DNA of 64,000 bases, taken from Octopus bimaculoides. Its lineage: Eukaryota. The notes below the pieces were generated by a model. It was not told the DNA's origin. It saw only the letters and a list, made by a program, of their open reading frames with translations, and ran no database searches. Position numbers and translations under genes: made by a program. The stretch is taken from assembly GCF_001194135.2 (NCBI RefSeq), contig NC_068995.1, positions 13,561,937 to 13,625,936 on the forward strand. Reading direction: 5' to 3'. Positions 60,151-64,000 of the stretch are shown here, in pieces; within the stretch, counting starts at the first letter, position 1, and each line of letters begins with the position of its first letter.

Positions 60151-61870
60151 GGGGGGAACATAATACTTATGTGGTTAAAAAAGTTAGTTGAAAGTAGTGA
60201 TGATATAGAGGAGGATGGTTAAAAGTATAATTTTAGCAGAGGGTTCTGATGGTGAAGTTAAAGAAAAACAGAGCGAAAGAGAGAGAGATGATGGTGGTGG
60301 AGATGGGGGTGGGGTAATTGTATGGTGTAAAGTTTTTCTTTTTAATTGAAGTTTTATATATCATCTATCACTTAATGCATGCATATAAGTGCAATTCCAT
60401 GAAATATTCACACTTATTTACATGGCAGATATATGAAATCTAACTAAATGTTGTATCACAGGACTTGTTTTTTGTTGTTTATGGGGGAAAATGGAAAAAT
60501 AAGAGTGACTATTTATTTTATGAGTGCTGTGTATTAAGTCTATAAAACTGTGCCTAAAGTATATAAAGTATATATACAAAGTGCATTAAGTAATCATCGT
60601 ATTCCAATTTCCTTCACTTTTCAATGAATAGCAGATGAGCGACTATCTTTCCATACAGACACAACACAGGTTATGCTTTCAGGTTTTTTGGATAAAGTTT
60701 CCAGAAATAACTCAATAGGTTTACCATTAATTCCATGAAATATTCATGGGTCCTGCTGCTGAGACCCCCTTCGGTCATGACTGACCATGGGATTGCACCT
60801 AGAAAGTTACCCTCCAAGGCACAAGTCCAGGCAAGGTTGTTTATGGAAGACCAGCAGTCGCCCATGAAGGCCAGGCATTTGGAAGGACATTCAGTCGTAG
60901 AAACCAAGCTAAAACAGCTCTCTACTTTACCTGTCAAGAAATATTGATACCTTGAAAAGAAGGACAGGAACTGATCACTGGCATCTTAATGGTGTCTTGA
61001 AGTGAAGGGTGACCAAGCCACAATTTTGTCTCAATTGGGAAATGAAAAAAAAAAAAAAAAAANNNNNNNNNNNNNNNNNNNNNNNNNNNNNNNNNNNNNN
61101 NNNNNNNNNNNNNNNNNNNNNNNNNNNNNNNNNNNNNNNNNNNNNNNNNNNNNNNNNNNNNNNNNNNNNNNNNNNNNNNNNNNNNNNNNNNNNNNNNNNN
61201 NNNNNNNNNNNNNNNNNNNNNNNNNNNNNNNNNNNNNNNNNNNNNNNNNNNNNNNNNNNNNNNNNNNNNNNNNNNNNNNNNNNNNNNNNNNNNNNNNNNN
61301 NNNNNNNNNNNNNNNNNNNNNNNNNNNNNNNNNNNNNNNNNNNNNNNNNNNNNNNNNNNNNNNNNNNNNNNNNNNNNNNNNNNNNNNNNNNNNNNNNNNN
61401 NNNNNNNNNNNNNNNNNNNNNNNNNNNNNNNNNNNNNNNNNNNNNNNNNNNNNNNNNNNNNNNNNNNNNNNNNNNNNNNNNNNNNNNNNNNNNNNNNNNN
61501 NNNNNNNNNNNNNNNNNNNNNNNNNNNNNNNNNNNNNNNNNNNNNNNNNNNNNNNNNNNNNNNNNNNNNNNNNNNNNNNNNNNNNNNNNNNNNNNNNNNN
61601 NNNNNNNNNNNNNNNNNNNNNNNNNNNNNNNNNNNNNNNNNNNNNNNNNNNNNNNGGGCTGGTATGATAAAACACATGAAAAAAATTTAAGGTTTCTTCT
61701 TATTGGTTTGAAATGTGGCATTCTAAAAAATTTGGAAAAATCCTGAAGAACCCCCCACCCCCCAGAAAACAGAAATTCTGACTAATGTGGAACATACATT
61801 AGAATTTTTGGAGACATTTGTGCAATCCAATACGCACCTTTTGTTTTGTACCAGAGGTCATTGTTTCTCA

Positions 61871-61906
<36 letters not shown>

Positions 61907-61920
61907 GGTGAAGCAGACTA

Positions 61921-62137
61921 CGAGGGGTTGCTGAAAAGTCCCTGGCTATAAGGGTATCACGAAAGGTCTGGTTAGAGGCCCAATCTTCTGAGTTCTTTTA
62001 CAGGCCTTAGAAAAACTGAAGGACAGCTGCAATAAGTGTATGAATCTGGAACGGGAATACTGAATAAAATCATAATTAACTGATCTTCCTGTATTTTCTT
62101 TTACCCAGAGCCAGGAGCTTTTCAGCACCCACCTCCG
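61921..62137 (+). mobile_element. Mariner-derived MITE retaining the transposase C-terminus
   Basis: TA|CGAGGGGTTGCTGAAAAGTCCCTGGCT...AGCCAGGAGCTTTTCAGCACCCACCTCCG|TA; internal LQALEKLKDSCNKCMNLEREY*. Confidence 0.85.
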
Positions 62138-63149
62138 TATACCTTGGTTTGTTACAATGGAAATAGGCACCAATATGTCTTTGGCTTTCANNNNNNNNNN
62201 NNNNNNNNNNNNNNNNNNNNNNNNNNNNNNNNNNNNNNNNNNNNNNNNNNNNNNNNNNNNNNNNNNNNNNNNNNNNNNNNNNNNNNNNNNNNNNNNNNNN
62301 NNNNNNNNNNNNNNNNNNNNNNNNNNNNNNNNNNNNNNNNNNNNNNNNNNNNNNNNNNNNNNNNNNNNNNNNNNNNNNNNNNNNNNNNNNNNNNNNNNNN
62401 NNNNNNNNNNNNNNNNNNNNNNNNNNNNNNNNNNNNNNNNNNNNNNNNNNNNNNNNNNNNNNNNNNNNNNNNNNNNNNNNNNNNNNNNNNNNNNNNNNNN
62501 NNNNNNNNNNNNNNNNNNNNNNNNNNNNNNNNNNNNNNNNNNNNNNNNNNNNNNNNNNNNNNNNNNNNNNNNNNNNNNNNNNNNNNNNNNNNNNNNNNNN
62601 NNNNNNNNNNNNNNNNNNNNNNNNNNNNNNNNNNNNNNNNNNNNNNNNNNNNNNNNNNNNNNNNNNNNNNNNNNNNNNNNNNNNNNNNNNNNNNNNNNNN
62701 NNNNNNNNNNNNNNNNNNNNNNNNNNNNNNNNNNNNNNNNNNNNNNNNNNNNNNNNNNNNNNNNNNNNNNNNNNNNNNNNNNNNNNNNNNNNNNNNNNNN
62801 NNNNNNNNNNNNNNNNNNNNNNNNNNNNNNNNNNNNNNNNNNNNNNNNNNNNNNNNNNNNNNNNNNNNNNNNNNNNNNNNNNNNNNNNNNNNNNNNNNNN
62901 NNNNNNNNNNNNNNNNNNNNNNNNNNNNNNNNNNNNNNNNNNNNNNNNNNNNNNNNNNNNNNNNNNNNNNNNNNNNNNNNNNNNNNNNNNNNNNNNNNNN
63001 NNNNNNNNNNNNNNNNNNNNNNNNNNNNNNNNNNNNNNNNNNNNNNNNNNNNNNNNNNNNNNNNNNNNNNNNNNNNNNNNNNNNNNNNNNNNNNNNNNCC
63101 AAGCAGGCTATTTACATGCTAGAAAAAACAGCCAAATCTCACAAAACTA

Positions 63150-63370
63150 GTGTTAGGGTTAGGTTTAGGGTTAGGGTCAGGGTTAGGGTTAGGGTCAGGG
63201 TTAGGGTTTGAGTTAGGGTTAGGTTTACCCTGTGGATCTATATAAAACCGGGGGGGAGGGGATCGAAATTTTGAAATTGAGATTTTTGAAAATTTTCAGA
63301 ATCGGAATCTCCATAGCCTAAAACGTGGGATTCCGTAAAAAAAACAAAATTTAAAAGGGGGGGTATACCC
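63150..63370 (+). repeat. Interstitial telomere-like (TTAGGG)n variant array plus an associated interspersed repeat
   Basis: About 12 GGGTTA/GGGTCA/GGTTTA units followed by GGGGAGGGG..GAAATTTTGAAATTGAGATTTTTG..GGAATCTCC, homologous to 18570-18740. Confidence 0.85.
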
Positions 63371-63377
63371 AGATTAC

Positions 63378-63588
63378 ATATACTCCATCTCCACCGTTCA
63401 TCGTATTAATACTAATATCCCATACAACATAATTCCTTTCAATCGGTTCATCGCTGTTGATGACGATCATAATTATCATGAGTGCTTGTTGCAGTGTAAC
63501 AAGTTCAGCCATTTCTTCTACATATAAACAATTTCAAAATAAACTTTCAGCTTTATTTAAAGTAAATCATTCTCTCACTTACATTCCA
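63378..63588 (-). other. Candidate 5' exons of an unidentified minus-strand gene
   Basis: acgATGGAAT|gtaagt (63588-63582), a short intron, then tttatatgtag|aagaaATGG (ATG at 63512) opening MAELVTLQQALMIIMIVINSDEPIERNYVVWDISINTMNGGDGVY. No homology recognised. Confidence 0.3.
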
Positions 63589-64000
63589 TCGTCGAGTTAG
63601 AATTGAGTACAAATGAAAATTCATCATTTTACTTTCATATTATTGAGAAAGCGGAACTTCAGAAGCTGACAGAGATCGTAATTTGCTGGAAATTCGACAG
63701 AGACAAAAATTTAAAATGAGAAAATGTATTTTCGTTTGAAGTGAATCAAAAGTGATACAAACCTAAAGTAACAGAATGATAATTGTAAAATCAAACCACT
63801 TGTTATCACCGGACAAAATACTTAACAACATTTATTCCGGCTCTGTACATTTCAACTTCAAATTCCCCTATGGTCAACTTCGCCTTTCGGAGTCACCAGT
63901 TGAGCACTGGGGATGATGTAATCGATTTCACCCACCTCTCAAAATTGCTGATCTTGTGTCAAAAATTAAAAAGGAATTGTAAAATGAAATTCCGTCGACT

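Noticed and set aside
60620-60740. Minus-strand frame GKPIELFLETLSKKPESITCVVSVWKDSRSSAIH*
   Set aside because: There is no usable splice acceptor and no recognisable homology, and it abuts a probable repeat fragment.
935-63211. Long ORFs in the track composed mostly of X
   Set aside because: They are artefacts of N gaps (991-1453, 8670-9013, 42988-43959, 61043-61656, 62191-63098 and others) that contain no stop codons.
63150-63230. True telomere or chromosome-fusion site
   Set aside because: The array is short and degenerate, has no head-to-head inversion, and is embedded in a dispersed repeat with unique DNA beyond it.

Overview
This is AT-rich animal genomic DNA with several N gaps. The SINE/RTE repeat landscape suggests an octopus (cephalopod), which is an inference from recalled repeat families. 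I reconstructed two intron-containing protein-coding genes by hand, both on the + strand. (1) The last seven coding exons (1873-14605) of an anoctamin/TMEM16 gene of the ANO1/ANO2 type; its 5' part lies outside the window. (2) A complete 8-exon ATG101 gene (33100-56101, about 217 aa). A weak candidate 5' end of a third gene lies on the - strand near 63.4-63.6 kb. The rest is dense, layered mobile DNA: at least three tRNA-headed SINE families with interchangeable tails, many RTE-LINE 3' ends, a young R4/Dong-type RLE retrotransposon in an (ATT)n tract plus an older RLE relic, two solo LTRs, and mariner, Tc1, pogo, hAT, piggyBac-type and Mutator-like non-autonomous elements with readable TIRs/TSDs. 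There is also a near-perfect 216-bp intronic hairpin, plus minisatellites and microsatellites. No prokaryotic features, CRISPR arrays, rRNA genes or intact tRNA genes were seen. Most entries in the supplied ORF track are artefacts of repeats or N runs. All alignments were done by eye; no database searches were run.
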